Positions 11,099-24,950 of a stretch of 64,000 nt of DNA are shown piece after piece. A program made the translations under genes and the position numbers. The notes under the pieces are model-generated. The model saw only the letters and a list, made by a program, of their open reading frames with translations. It was not told the DNA's origin and did not search any database. Position 1 is the first letter of the stretch. Each line of letters starts with the position of its first letter. The stretch is from positions 9,114,001 to 9,178,000 of the forward strand of contig CM114271.1 of assembly GCA_050084515.1 (NCBI GenBank). Direction: 5' to 3'. The stretch comes from Blasia pusilla. Taxonomy: Eukaryota.

Positions 11099-12999
11099 TG
11101 GGTCAGCAAGAAGCAACCTACATGGTTTGCTGTCGTTGTAGCGTTGGAGTAGAGTGACATGCTCTGTCCTCTTATTCTCCTTGATGCAAGATTTGGTGTA
11201 CCGGGTCATAGACTGTTGCCAATGGAAAGCATCCGACCTTTCCCTCTCTGGTTGAACCTTTCCACCCCAGAACACTTCCCTGATAGCAATCCACCCAGGT
11301 TGTGCATTGTCCGCCATGAATCCATAAATTTCCGAAGATGGCCTTTTGTTTTCCTTCACCACCTCCAGTAAGAGTAACCAACACATCTTCAAACTGCCAA
11401 CGTTATCTGCTTTTATCTCACAGACAAATATAGTTTTGAGTCCCTTCTCCACATGGTCATAAATGTGAGCACCCATGGTCAACCATCCATTCAACACTCT
11501 ATAGCAAATATCAAAGCTTACCCAGCTACCGTAAAGATCTTCCCCTTCCTTCATTCGATCTATAAGATCGAGGCCACTCAACGGCCCTGTCGTTGATATT
11601 TTGAAGACATAAGCCCTCGATCCTTTCCCTCTCTGGCCCATGAATTGACATCTCTAAATAAATGGAAATTTGGAGTTGGCCTTGATTCTGGAAATGGCAT
11701 CTATTTCAGCCGTCTTTCCATCCAGTACCCGCATTTAATGGAGCAAATTCCGGAAGCATTCAGGATTAGCGAGAAATGCGAGATTTTCCCATAGTTGTTT
11801 CTCCTCAGAAGCCGTGATCTCGCCCTACCCAGGGATTCCAAGCAATTGTTCACAAATTTGTGATATTGTTGTAAACTTGATCAGTCTGGGCTTTGATCTC
11901 GGAGAGTTTCTATATACCTCGGCCACTTTCTTTGCCACATCCTCTTGATGTGTCTCTGAATTGCACCGGTAACAAGATGAATGTGGAAGCCAACATGAAC
12001 TGCGAGCTTGGTGTACTCGGACGTAGAACTGAAGTCGTGCACAATGAAAAATATCTATGCAGGACACGCTCCAATGTAGAAAGGGGATGCCTGACAATGA
12101 GGACATCGATGGCCTCACGACGGTATGGTCGCACTGACCTCATATGGAGTTTTTGCATTCTTAGGAGGGAATTGCAACGTATTGACTCGCCCATTGCGCT
12201 CTAGAAACGGGCAGCCTGGACTTCTACACTCCATAGCTCCAATACATTGGTGGCGAGAAACAATCCAAGGACCATTTGGAATTGAAGCACTAGTTCGTTG
12301 AAGCCTGCACCATCGATGACAATCAGACTTTCTATCCATACCCTTCAAGCATTCTCCATCTTTCTTTTGAGCAGGACCAGCAAGTGGAGGCAACTCAAAA
12401 ATGCAATTACCATCGTACGTGGGTAGCATCTCGTCCACAAAAATATGCTTGAACATTTTAAAGGGAAGAGACGACATCAAAATATTTCCTGATACTCGCA
12501 AGAGGAACGAGTAGGCAGACACAAGGCCCGGTTGGAGTCCGACAGATCCACGTAGGTTGACGACATCCGGAATGTCTTCAGGAAGTACAACATTGTTACA
12601 AACGTGTGAAGTTGGAGTTGATGCCAAATCTACTAAGCAGGGAGTGGAAAACGTAGAGCTCGGTGCACTAAGAAATTTCGGACCGTCTACTTGGGAAACA
12701 GAGGAATTCAGAGGCAAGCCATAAACTCTGTATTCACCATTTTTTAGAGGTAGGAGATTCCATACTTTACAGTCTGCTATCATTGGCTGGAGTGTCTCAC
12801 CTACAACGTCCTCCGTATCGTCCATCCTAACATCCTTGGAAACAAAGATGGTTCCAATTTGGGGAAGAAATTGCACTGAGAGGAAATTTTCATCCACTGG
12901 TATGTAAGACTCACGAGCTTGCGGTCGAATTATTTTTGATTGAGGAAGGGTCGCTAGATGATTGCCACAAGTGAGTGTCACATAATTATCCATTCCCAA
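11099..12999 (-). pseudogene. MULE-type DDE transposase, N-terminal Cys/His-rich region and catalytic core (frameshifted, cut by the gypsy insertion)
   Basis: WVSFD...FMADNA...ERSDAFHWQQSM (D, D and C/DxxH signature) in ORF 10952-11641; CIGAMECRSPGCPF in ORF 12115-12999. Confidence 0.78.
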
Positions 13000-13017
13000 A
13001 TTATTCCATCAGGTGGA

Positions 13018-13080
13018 GAATGAGAATGAGAATAAGAAAGAATAAGAATAAGAATAAGAATGAGAATGAGAATGAGAATG
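13018..13080 (+). repeat. (GAATGA/GAATAA)n hexanucleotide microsatellite
   Basis: Directly visible. Confidence 0.9.
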
Positions 13081-15084
13081 TTTAATTTATAGTGAATAGT
13101 GACCGTTATTCTCCTGACAGAATTTGACTGACAAGATGCTGTTTGGTAGATAAGATTGTCTAACGCAATGGATTCAATCCTATTGCAACCTGTCGGAGTC
13201 CGACGGTTTGCAAATTTTGGGACTCAAACACGTGGGTTGCAAAGCCACGGAGTACCATCTTCTGTTAGAGTCCGAGTGTAACTTGCAACCCGTCGGAGTC
13301 CGTTGGGTTGGTACCCCCTTCCTGTCTGACCTGTCTGATTGGAGTCGGCATCCATGAGACCTTGCATCCATGAGTCCGTTGGGGACTGCGATGGGTTGGA
13401 AAGGCACCTAACCTCGCTTTCTCTTCTGGAGGTAACCGAGTTGCGGGAGGGATCTCGCATCGATTTCTCTTGTCCAATGAACCGTGCAAACCATGAGACC
13501 TTGTAACTCGTCGGAGGTAAAGGGGTTGCCTTGGGACTATGCATTGTCACCTTGTTACCGGAGGACGAGGGAAGCGTGCATCCCGTTGGTTTCTGAGGGG
13601 TTTCCCGGGTTCCTCACCTTGTTACCCCAAGATGAGGGAATCGTGCAACCCGTCAATCTCCGACGGGTTGCGAGGGTACCTCGCCTTGCATCCCCAAGAT
13701 AAGGGAAGCATGCAACCCGTCGAAGACGGACGGGTTGCCTGAGTTCCCACATGCAAATTTCCATAATGGCCGACACGTGGCCGTCTGTACGACCCAACGA
13801 CCCAACGGTCAGCTCAACGGCTCAAAAAGTATAAAAGGCTGAGATTTCGCTCATTTCCGTTTTTCATTTCGCGATTTCATGTGCTCTTCCTCGCAGCAGC
13901 TGACGTTACCTTTCCGCTACCAAACTCAGTTACATTCACACCTTCGCTGGAAGGTTACGAAAATCCAGCACCGACGCTTCCAAGGTTTGATTTCGGCGAG
14001 CCCATCCGCTGGAGGGTCACGACGCTTCATCACGAAACGCTTGGAGGGATCTATCATGCACAGGAGCAAATTAGACTGTCAAGGAGGAAGAACTGACCCA
14101 ACGTGCACCATGACGAGAAAGAAAACACAAGCAACCAAGGTAGGGAGCATCACTCCCAAGTCCATCGGGACTCCTACGTCACCATCTCCAGATCCTCATT
14201 TGGCGAATGAGATAAGGCAACAAGAAACAGAGGTGCGGGAAGGGGAAGCAGATATGCACAGAGAGGAGGTTCTAGCAAAACGTGTTCTTAAGACCCTTGC
14301 TAAGCAAAATTCCGAGGCTGAGGCATCAAAGGCCTTGAAGAAAAGAGCCGTGGACGAGAAACGCGAGACAAAGTGTCTTGACGCCTCCGTCAGGAGAGCA
14401 AAATTGGCGAAAGCTCGAAGGGAAAAAGAAATCGTCATTGAAGAAAGCTTTGCCCGTCCAACAGAGAGTGTTGAGATGCAGGAAATGTCTCCGATGAGGT
14501 CAGGGGACGCCATGAATCTAAAATCGGCTGAGGAAACGGCCGAAGTTCAAGTGACAGACGATGAGGTCATGAGGACAACAAGTGTGGAGATGGTGGACAT
14601 CTCTGAAGAAGCAAGAGAAGAGTCTTCCTCATCTTTGAGTCCGATGGAAGAAATCAACCTTTATTGGATCAATGAGTTTCCTTTGGACTTGCCAAGCTGC
14701 TATCCCAGAGCAATTGGCGGGCCTGGACTTCGACCCAATCTTTGAGCGGGTAAGAAAAATTTGGGTTATGTGAAGGCTCATTATGCAATTCATTGGCGAA
14801 ACACTGTATTTTATTGACTTGGTGCCCATTGAGGCAGGTTGTTAAGCAGATGGCACTGATGGAGGGCCAGAAGGCCCCAAGAATTACACTTTGTTTATTG
14901 CGGACAATGGAGTACGTCCACGAAATTCAGTCGGAGGAGGACATTGCAAAGCTCAAACAATCGGCAACGACTGCATCCTACGTTGACAACTTCCCTCCGT
15001 TCTATGTTCAGCCTTACGATGAACATGGAACCCAAGCTCTGGTGACGGAAGAGGACTTGGAGGCGTTGGGTTATGTGAAGGCTC

Positions 15085-17338
15085 CCGGAGGGTCTCCTTC
15101 TTTCTTCGCTTCAGGTCGCGAAGCTTTGTAAGAAGCCTGTCCTCGAACTCCAAGTCGCGGAACTCATGTAGGAAGGATTCCAAGACCCTTTTCCAGGTTT
15201 CCGTGACTTCTGCTCCGAGACCTTCGTACCACTGGCTTGCTCGCTTCTTGAGCAGGCCCGGAAAGACTCGTAACAAATCCTCCTCTGCCCCTTCCCCGTT
15301 GGCTTTTGCGACATGGGTGAATTCAAGAACAAAGTTATCCACATCGTCTCGTCGACCTCCAACAAAGGTGGGGTACCTTAGCAGAGTTTTTCTAGTGTTG
15401 GCCATGGGCACTGCTCTCCTGCTGGCTCCCGGGCTTGATGCTTGAGAGGGAGGAGGTAAGGGTGCCGCCCGAGGTGCTCTGATCGGCTCCTCGCTCCCTG
15501 ACTCTCCAAAGGGGTCCCAGGACGACTCTTTGTCCGACTGCGAACTGGCAGGGGACGTGGTGGGAAATTTGTCCCTTTCTTTCTTCTTGGTCTTCGCCTT
15601 CGGACGAGGACGAAGACTCGGAGACGAACCAGGGGGTCTCCAAGCCGGTTCTTTATTCTGCTGCCTGCCCCTCTGCGCCGATCGGCCGGCTCTGGCGAAG
15701 AGGGCTGAGAGCCTTCCATAAGTCTCTTGGGGGTTTTGGCAACTCGTGATCACCCCCACGGTGGCAATAGGATAAGGGTCCATGGATGGAGGTTAACTAC
15801 TGATTCTTTTTACATCTACAGGAGGGTGCCTGGTGCTCCTATGCTTCCTGCCAGGTTTTCCTCCCATAGACAGAAGTACCGGGTTTTCACCAAGTACAAC
15901 TATAGTCCATGGGCGAAGCACCGTTCGGCGACCGGTTCTTTGACCATTTTAATTAGTTGGCCTATCTTCTCTAGCATCAATGCAGCAACTGTATTGTTAT
16001 CTTCAAGCATACATTGTCTTACGGGGGTTGCTAGAGCTAGCCGATGGTCTTTAGTAAGAATTAGAATGTGGGTTGTCTAGGAGCGAAGCTTCTTTCTCCG
16101 TTCCCTACTTCCCCATGGATCTTTCTCTCCCTTCTCAACCAAGGATATGATCCCCGGCAGCGGCGCCAAAAAGTCTTCGACTATATGTAATGTCTAAGTG
16201 TTTCTTATTTACAGTCAATTGTAGAGTTTGATCCCCAAGAGGATCATTGTTGGATGAAAAGAGAGTATGAAGTGATGATTATGTTGTAAAAGTGTAATTG
16301 ATTATGTAATTCAAATGTAATATTCCATTAACATCTTCCGATCCTTCTTAATACCTATGTTTTCTTCTTCAATTCTCTCGAGTGGAGTTTAAAGGACGCT
16401 CAGGAAATTTGTTCTCTCGACATCTCGGAACCTCATAGAGACCTCAAGAATAAAGTTGGATTCTCCTACTTTCGGAACTCAATCCGTCGGGGCAGGTTAC
16501 TCTCTGTCAAACAGATTTCATACAACTTTATATTGATTATTCCATTGATGAGAAAGGTTCCCCTGATTCACTCTTCACTCGGCAGACCCAAAAAGAATAT
16601 TCAGACATAAGTACCGCACATCAGAATGAATGAATGAATGCTTTACTACTCCATCAAGAATTGGAAGACTTCAAAGTATCTACAAGCTCGAGAGGGTACA
16701 ACTCTCTTGCTCGGACCATTCCTACAGCATAAGGACTTCATGAGCGAATGATGATAATAGCTTCTGTCCTATTTCTTAAATATTCTCGAGAGTAGGATCG
16801 TTTCTATGATCCGAAGCGTTCTTGATGAAGTTGGTGTCTTTTCAATATGTGTAACTACCTAGATCTATGGTTCTCTTAGCTTTTCCTACGATCCCTATGA
16901 ATTCGCGGTACAACTCTTCTAACTACCAATTTGATACAAAGGGTCGCACCCTTTCCTAGTCTAATTGTTTAAACTATGTGTCGTTTCGAATCTCAATTAT
17001 GCTGAGCTTCGCTGCGCTAAATTTCCGGAGGACGAAGTTCTTCCTTCTTCTTCGTGCTTCGTGCTTCGTTCAAGAGCGAAGTACTTCGTACATAGAGCTT
17101 CGTTGAGCTTCACTGAGCTTCACTGAACTTCGCGCTGATCTTTTATACTTCTTTACAGCTTTTGATTCTCCTCTAAGGCCAATCCTTGAGCTTCATCTCT
17201 TTGCCTTGTCTTCGGAGCTTGGTGATTCACTTATTCTTCTTCATAATAATAAATAATCATAATCAAATCATAATATACAAGAGTCTTCGTTGAATAAAAA
17301 GATATATTCTTCAACATTACAAAATTGTGGATATCACA
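15085..17338 (-). mobile_element. Athila-like gypsy remnant: 5' LTR (17338-16186), PBS and partial gag
   Basis: LTR TGTGATAT...ACATTACA on the minus strand, homologous to 58052-58508; PBS at 16168-16151; gag-like ORF 14953-15783 (PTFVGG..DVDNFV..LLKKRASQWY..TWKRVLESFLHEF). Confidence 0.85.
16151..16168 (-). promoter_or_regulatory. Primer binding site TGGCGCCGCTGCCGGGGA (tRNA-Asp type)
   Basis: One mismatch to the TGGCGCCGTTGCCGGGGA PBS known from Athila-lineage elements; lies between the LTR and gag. Confidence 0.85.
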
Positions 17339-18987
17339 ACTTTCTAGAGGATGAGAGATCAGGAGTTCAGAAGAGCGATTGAAGGAACCCAATTTAGCTG
17401 GATGCGGAACCTTTACTTCTTTATCTAGGATGGGAACCACAGGTACATGGGGCGGACGTTGTTTGTAGAGGAGCGCCCAAATTCATTGGAGGCGCATTTT
17501 TGCGTGAAGGCAGTTGTTCTCCATCCATTTCCTCATCACATGGCAACGGTGGAAGTGGCAATGCATGCGATGAATACGCAAGTTTCCTCTTCCTTAAGTT
17601 TGATTGCTTCAACCCGTCAGAGTCTGACACGTTGCATAATTGGAAACCTTGAAGATGGGCAGGAATGATTTGAGTCTCTTGCCACCATCTTGTTTGTGGT
17701 CAATGTCATAGTCAAGCAAACCGTTGGAGTCTGACGGGTTTCGTGGTGGCCAAGCACACCAGATTAATCCGGGATAGTGAAACCAGTCGAACATCAACGG
17801 GTGGAAAAATGACTGCATGATTTATTTTTTCTTCAATCCGTCAAACTCCAACAAGTTGCACAATGAGAGGTAACAAATCATCGGACGCCTAAAAGCAACT
17901 CGTCGAAGTCCGACGAGTTGCTGGACTGTCCGCTATTTTTTGGATACTTTTGGCCAAAAACAATTCGTCGAACCCTGATGGATTGCATTTCCCCCCGAGG
18001 GTAGGTGGTCGGAGTTTGAGAGCTTGCTTTTAGGCGTCCAATTCAAGCTTTACAAGGCTATTGTGCAACCCATCGGACTCCGACGGGTTGATATGTGCAG
18101 TTTTCATCCAGAAACCTGTCTCCGAATGGAAGTCATTCTACAACCCATCGGACTCCGACAGGTTAGAACCAAGGAATAAGAGGAACCGATCGGTTGGACC
18201 AAAGATTCATGAAAAGAGAGTGCAACCCGTCGGACTCCAATGGGTTGCAATTCTCTCTAAAAATTTCAAGAGTGTTGCAATAAGTGTAACATAAAGATAA
18301 GTATTGCAACACGTTGGACTCCGACGGGTTGCAACATTTATCGTTGTGTTACACTTATTGCACCCCGATGGGTTGACAGAATTGCGACCCGTTGGAGTCC
18401 GACGGGTTGTAACACTTATATTTGTGCTACCATTTCGACCGCCATGGGTTGACAGAATTACGACTCGTCGGAGTCCGACGGGTTGCAGTATTCTTACCTT
18501 GTGTTTGGATGTGCAGGATTGTATTTGAGGGAAACGTCATCCACCACTGGATCCAAGATGGCAACAGGATGAAGAAGGTGCTTACGACGCACCCGACAGA
18601 GTACAAGGGATTCTTGGGCGACGATCTAGCAAATGACATGCTGGCGAAGGGAGCTCAAATAAAAAAGAAGACTTGGGCAAATACCTTCATCTCCCAAAAT
18701 ATAGCCGTCACAATCCTATGTTGGTCCAAGATCCAGGCCGCCAAGAAGAGTGCTTTGTTGGAATTGGAGCGAAGGAACAACGTGTCTGTGCCGGAACATG
18801 CAGAGTTTATTCAAGTTGTCGTATCTGCAGCTACAAAGTACAATGCAAGCAAGATGCAACGTTACATTGCGATTCTCAACCTCGAACTTGGCTCGGAGTT
18901 TTACAAGGAGCTTAAGGCAATAATCAAGTGCTAGCGGAAGAGAGACGAAGATCCACAGGGTCGGATTGGAGAGAAAGTGTCTCTAGA

Positions 18988-19728
18988 AGCTTGGCGGTCC
19001 CAACTATCCAATGGACCTCTGATGAGTCCCTAACCAAGACTCACTAAAATGAGTTGCAGGCTGGAATGCAAGAGTGGCTTCCGAAATCCACTCCCTTGGA
19101 TTAGGTTTAGGTTTCGAGTCCTAATGCTGAACTCCCATGTCATCCTATGCCCTTGAGCCGCCCTTTGGTGCCCAAAATGGGGTTTGGGTCCCATGAATCC
19201 TTGGAGACACTCCCCCTTACTAGTACTTTTGGGGATCTCTATCCTCCCCCAAACTTTGGGGAAAAGACATTCAGGCCCCTAATTTTGGCCCTTAACCCAA
19301 CTCCCAAGATAATTTTTTTTGGCAAATATCTCAGCCTCTACTCGTGCCTTTGCTAAGATCTTCAGTGTGTTGGAATTTGCTTTGCATAAGCTTTCCAATG
19401 CCATCTTACTTGTCCTGAATGCATCTTGGAACTTAACATTATGGTCAGAAACATAATCAAAACCCCAAATGATAGTCGCGTTCCAAATCTGGTTCTCACC
19501 TCTTTGGCAACCAACCTTCCTAGACTCAACTCTTCTCGAGTTTTGGTTCACATTTGGTCCAAGTTTCTTGCTCGCAATCATTAACGCATGAAATGCACAA
19601 ACTCCATTGGCGTGTTTTGTCTCTTGGACTTTTCCAAGAGACTTCTCCAAAGCGCAACCATCCTAGCATGAGCCAGCTAAAGTTTTGATGTTCCGCTTGG
19701 TGTTCATCTGGTTATGAGGGTCGCAACA
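18988..19728 (-). repeat. Partial LTR, inverted homolog of 34276-~35000
   Basis: Minus strand starts TGTTGCGACCCTCATAACC (cf. TGTCGCAACCCTCATAACC at 34276); long internal similarity. Confidence 0.8.
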
Positions 19729-22700
19729 TGGGGGAGTTTAAGATGTTGATTGGTGACCATTTCACTATGGAGTATCAAGAGTTCTGAAATGGTGTAGAGT
19801 TTGTGCATCTACGGCAGAGCGGGTCTATAAGCTCTTTTGTTACTGAACTCACTTCCTAAGATGTATGAGTTTGCAAAGAGTTTGAGCTTCTTTAGTGGAC
19901 TAAAGCCAAGTCCAGAAAAGGCCCTCTTTCAAATTTCGGAGTTACCAAATACGTGCGCGGAACTCTTGAAGCCGACAGAGTGGATTGGGGAAAATGAGGT
20001 CCAAGTACCAAGGCCCAAAACAAAGGTATATCCAAGAGGGTTTTGAGTGGGGGTGAGCATGACCAAGGAGAGTCTCTTACTCTAGTAGCAAAACAAGTGA
20101 AACTCCATGCGAAGCCAAAGGGAGGGCAATATCCAAAGTCGGGAAACGGCAAGGTGATATATATGCTACAATTGTGTCGAACGTGGGCACATGGCAAACG
20201 GATGCTCAAAGCCAAAGGTTAGTAATGGGAGTATGATTTTGTTTGATACTAAGTACTTGTCGGCAAGAGGTCTAGAGACATCCCTTCAAGTCACCATGAG
20301 GACGCCCAATTTGGTATATAGTACCTAAGATCCAAGATTACTAATCGCGATGCGATGTTGCTCATTGATATAGGTACTTCGCACTCCTTCTTGACTCCAA
20401 GAATCATGAAGGAGTTGGGATTGTGAACCAGTAAGGCGGACGAGCCCATTCGGATAGGTTTTGTTGGAGGCAAATCTCACCAAACTTTAGAGTTGGTTTT
20501 GGGACTAACATTTGGATGTGGAGTACCTGAGTTGAAGAAGAATTTCACTATGTGCGAGATGGAAAAAATCGATGGAATATTGGAGAACACATTCCTGGCT
20601 CCGTATTAGGTTTACCTATGACAAAGACCATTAAGGCTTAGCATCTTAGTGAAAGGCAAACGGTTGCAAGTCAGGCTGGTTCATGAGGTTCCTGTGAAAA
20701 AAGAGTTGGTGAACGCCATTGTAAGATCGAGCTAGAAGATGGACTTCTCTGCTTGATGAGACAAGTGGAGGAGACTACAAGCGAGAGACACAAAGATCAT
20801 GACTAATCTTTGAGGGGAATCCCAAAAGTGCTCTAAAGAGTAGTAAAGGAATTTGGTGATGTCTTGACGAATGAGCTTCTTAATGAGTTGCCACCACATA
20901 GGGCAGTCGATGATAAGATAGAGGTCATCCCAGGATCTCAACCACCTTCAAAGGCCCCATATAGATTGAATCAGGAGGAACTTGTTGAGTTGAAAAAGCA
21001 GTTAAGTGATCTCTTAGAGAAGGGCTGCATCAGAACTAGCAAGTCACCGTATGGAGCGCCAATTCTCTTTGTGAAGAAGAAGGATGGGAAGATGAGACTC
21101 TATGTTGATTACGGTGAGCTAAATAAAGTGACGGTGAGGAACAATTAACCTCCTATGAAGATCAATGATCTCTCCGATAGATTATTAAGGGCGAAGTACT
21201 TCAGTAGGATTGACTTGAAGTTAGGATATTACCAGATTGAGATTTCCGAAGCGGATGTGGAGAAGACTACGTGTAGGACGAGATATGGCTCGTTCAAGTT
21301 TGTAGTGATGCCCTTCGGTCTACGTAATGTGCCTCCAATGTTCACCATGTTGATGAACTCCATTTTTAATGAGGAGACGGATCAGTATGTGATCATCTAC
21401 ATTGATGACATGCTGATGTATTCAAAGTTTTTATAGGAGCACGCTCGACATCTAAGAGCGGTGTTGTTAAAACTAGGGGCAAACAAGTTTTATGAAATTG
21501 TAGAAACAAATGAGTTTGGGTTGCGCAAGATCAAGTTCTTCGATCATGTCGTTAGTGCTGATAGAGTAAGTCTAGATATGGATAAGGTGAATGTGATCGT
21601 CAAATGGAAACGGCCTTCTACTGTGAAGGGAATAAGGAAGTTCATCGGAGCAGTGCAGTTTTACCAGACTTATGTAAGGAAAATTTTGGGAATAGAGAGA
21701 CCTCTCATTGATTGGACCGCAAAGTTTGCTAACACGACCAAGACCCAAGAAGTGACTTAGGTGTTTAACCGAGTCAAGGAGATCCTATTGCAAGAGCTAG
21801 TGTTGAAGCTGCTAGAGCTCGACAAACCGTTCGAAGTGCATAATAATGCTAGTGATTTTGCATTTGCAGGAATGTTGGTGCAGGAAGGAAGATCTATAGC
21901 GTATAAGAGCAAGAATCTTAGCAATACCAAACAGAGGTGGCCCACTCATAAGAAAGAGTTGTTCGTAGTGGTTCACTGCTAGAGGAAGTGGCGTTACTAT
22001 TTGGGACTTCACAAGACTCGAGTGTTCACCGATAACATATCACTCAAGTATTTTGAGACCTAGGATTGAGTCACATCAAAACAAGTGCGATGGCATGATA
22101 CCTTGGCATTGATGAATGCGAAACTAGTTCATAAGCCAGGGAAGGATAATGTCATTCTAGATATGTTGAGTCGCAAGAATGAGCACATGCCATCAACGAC
22201 GCAAGTCTTAAGAGCAATATTCCCTAAGAAAAAGACCCGGAGAGAAGGATCCATGAAAGACACCCAAGCGAGCGAGTACCTAAGGAAGTTGAAGCACAAT
22301 GAGAAGGTGGCGAACATAACTTTGAGTCATAATTTGCTAAGGTTTAAGTAGAGTAGGATCTATGCGGGCAAAGGCAGGCTGCGGACCAAGGTGTAAGTAG
22401 AATGTCATGAAGGATCCTTGGTAGGATATAAAGGGGAGAAATCCATGTTGGCTGTTCTGACTAAGAGGCTCTTTTAGCCCAACATGAAAGAGGATGTTGC
22501 TCAATTTACGAAGACCTGTGTGACCTGCCAAGCGAAGTGAGTTTCTTATGAAAAGAAACAAGGCTTGCTTCACCCTTTGTCGATTCCAAAAGGACCCTTG
22601 CAGAGTGTGAGTATGGAATTTATTACGAGTCTTCCAAAGTTTGAGGGATACAAGGCTATACTTATGATAGTTAATCAATTCAACAAGTTGGGGAGATTAG

Positions 22701-24950
22701 TGCTAATAGTGGACTCCGCAACGACATGTATAGGTTCTTGACTATTCTCGGATAGTTGGTGGCAAGCTTATGGGTTGCCTAGGAGTATTGTTTCAAATTG
22801 GGATCCAAAGTTTATCAGTGCTTTTTGGAAGCACTTATTCAAAAGGTTTAGGACCAATCTGAGTTTCAGTACTACCTTCCATCCCCAAATAGATGGACAA
22901 ATGGAAAAAGTAAAACTCGATCATGATTCAATACTTAAGGAATTATGTGAGTGTGGATGAGCGAGATTGGGCGAAGTGGCTAAGTATGGTTGATTATTGC
23001 TACAACTTGACCAAGCATTGTGCAATTGGAGAATCTTTGTTTCTTTTGGCATATGGACATGAGCCAGAAGGGCCTCTTGACCTGACCCTTTCAGAGGGTA
23101 CTACATCAACACAGGCTCAAAAAGCAATAGCGGTGTCGTATAGTAAAATCACCCACTATGTAAACTCCTCTATCACTAAGTGTTAGAGAGAGTTTTATTA
23201 GTATTAAGTAAATTAGCCTTGGAAAATGAAATTCCCATGTTTAAACCTCTTTAGGATGACTCATTTGCGCAGGCCCAACTTTAGGAAAAGAGATAATAAA
23301 TAAAAGATGGGATTAGAAAAGTAAAGTAGTGGGGTTGGTGCTTTCATAAAACAAAAGCAAAAGTAGTTTTGGTTGGTGGCTAGGGTTGGTGGGGTAGTTT
23401 GGAAGATATGAAGAGAGTAAAAAAAGATATTTTGGAAGAGATAAGAGGTAATATGCTTGTGTCAAAATGTGATTAGCTAAGCCTTGAGAGGAAGCCATGT
23501 GGCACAAGATAAGATTAGCCCTATTTCGTACTCTTGTGGATCCCTTGTGAATATATAAAGAGGAGGGACCTTCAAGGGTTCATCACCTTCTACTTCACAT
23601 CTTGAGTTTCTCATGTCACTCTTGAGTGTATGGCTTTGGGATTGCTTGCTCTTCCAATGACAGTGAATTATCCTTCTTGGGAGAGTAACTTGACCTTAGT
23701 CTATTCTTTAAGAGTTTTCTTGAGTGTGGTATGTGTGGAGATAAGAGACTTGTTACCCTAGATGAGTTTAGTCATACTAGAAATAGAGGATGGTTTGGCT
23801 TGTTATTTTCCCAATGAGAATGGATTACCCCTCTTGGGAGAGCAACTCCGCCAAATCCCATTATAGAGAAGAGTAGAGGATGTTTGTCAAGTATGGATAG
23901 GGGTGGAGTACGAATTGTGCCAAATTTTCCTTTTCTTAACCCGTACCATGTCAAGATTCTCTTTGTAGATAGGCATTGTTCACTTGCTAACCAGTTTATC
24001 ACTTTGGGGACGCGTTCATGAACCAAGTCATGCAATCTCCAACTCCGGTGATTCTTCCTATAGTCACGTACGGAAGGACATGGGATTGCACTTTGTATGT
24101 CATTACATAGTTATCCATGGACGTCAATAGGCTTGCTTAAGTAGGGTTTAACACTAGTTGTGTTATTTTCCTTGTGTAAAAATGTAAAGTAGTTTACAGA
24201 GATTTCATAGTTAGGAATTTTGGGATTCCATGTTATGAAGAAATGATCGCCTCGGCACTACCATTCGTGATTCCTATCGTGAGAGAATGGAGAGTTCACA
24301 TAATAATTATGTACTGAAAAGAGAGAAATTCTTATAGAGTTTGACTTGCATCAATCATGTCTGTTGCAGCTAGAAGATCCGCCCTTACTTAAAGAAAGGC
24401 TCTTGACACGACAACGGAAGGTTTGGTGCTAGGGATGTGAGAACGGGAAGTGTGGGCAAGAAGAATTCTTGCAAAGGCTCAACCAAGGTATGTTAAGCAT
24501 GCTAAGAAGAGTCGGCGCCAAGTGAGATTCCAAGTAGGGGAGCAAGTGTGGTTGAGTGTGAAGAATCTCACTCTTATGAAGGTTGTCCGCGAAGCTATGT
24601 GCCAATTATGTTGGATTGTATGTGATCAAGGAAAACCGGTTTGAGGATGTGTACACATTGGAGTTGCCAGAAGAGTTCAAGATTCATCAGACTTTCCATG
24701 TGTTATTATTCAAGAAGTGTCTTCAAGATAATGTGTATCTCGAGTGGAGATAGGTGTTAAGACCACAAGAGGTAATCATGAATGAAGAATCGGAGTGTAA
24801 GGTGGAGACCATCTTGCGTTTGAGATATAGGGCCAACAAGTAAGAGTACTTGGTCAAGTGGAAGGGCTACCATGTGAAAGAGGCAACTTGGATTGCATAG
24901 GCAAATCTAAAATACGCGTAAGAGGTGTTGCAATACTTTAAACGGATGTA
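19729..24950 (+). mobile_element. Degenerate chromovirus (Ty3/gypsy): gag zinc knuckle, PR, RT, RNase H, integrase, chromodomain
   Basis: CYNCVERGHMANGC ~20164; LIDIGTSHSF ~20360; YIDD ~21398; integrase ~22400-23130 continuing after 24413; chromodomain VETIL...EYLVKWKGY..EATW ~24800-24930. Confidence 0.9.
23134..24413. mobile_element. Solo LTR (1280 bp) inserted in the chromovirus integrase
   Basis: TGTCGT...ACGACA perfect 6 bp terminal inverted repeat; flanks GCGG/ACGG (4 bp TSD, one mismatch); removing it restores the frame KAIAEGLVLG. Confidence 0.85.

Larger units (their letters stand above)
11099..18987. mobile_element. Mutator-like DNA transposon, copy A (truncated at both ends): transposase (-) divergent from a ParB-domain gene (+)
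   Basis: Inverted homology to 54140-58051 and direct homology of 11140-11860 to 48570-49318; palindrome arrays at 13180-13810 and 17610-18490. Confidence 0.82.
14110..18987 (+). pseudogene. Accessory gene of MULE copy A, 5' part: charged coiled-coil plus ParB/sulfiredoxin-like domain; interrupted by an LTR element at ~15085-17338
   Basis: VHEIQSEEDIAKLKQ...PFYVQP...VTEEDLEAL / TF*RMRDQEF...YFFI*DGNHR (DGNHR 17429-17443); putative GC-AG intron 17578-18516; homologous to 54140-56279 (-). Confidence 0.75.

Noticed and set aside
16151-16168. tRNA gene
   Set aside because: Only the 18 nt complement of a tRNA 3' end (a PBS); no cloverleaf.
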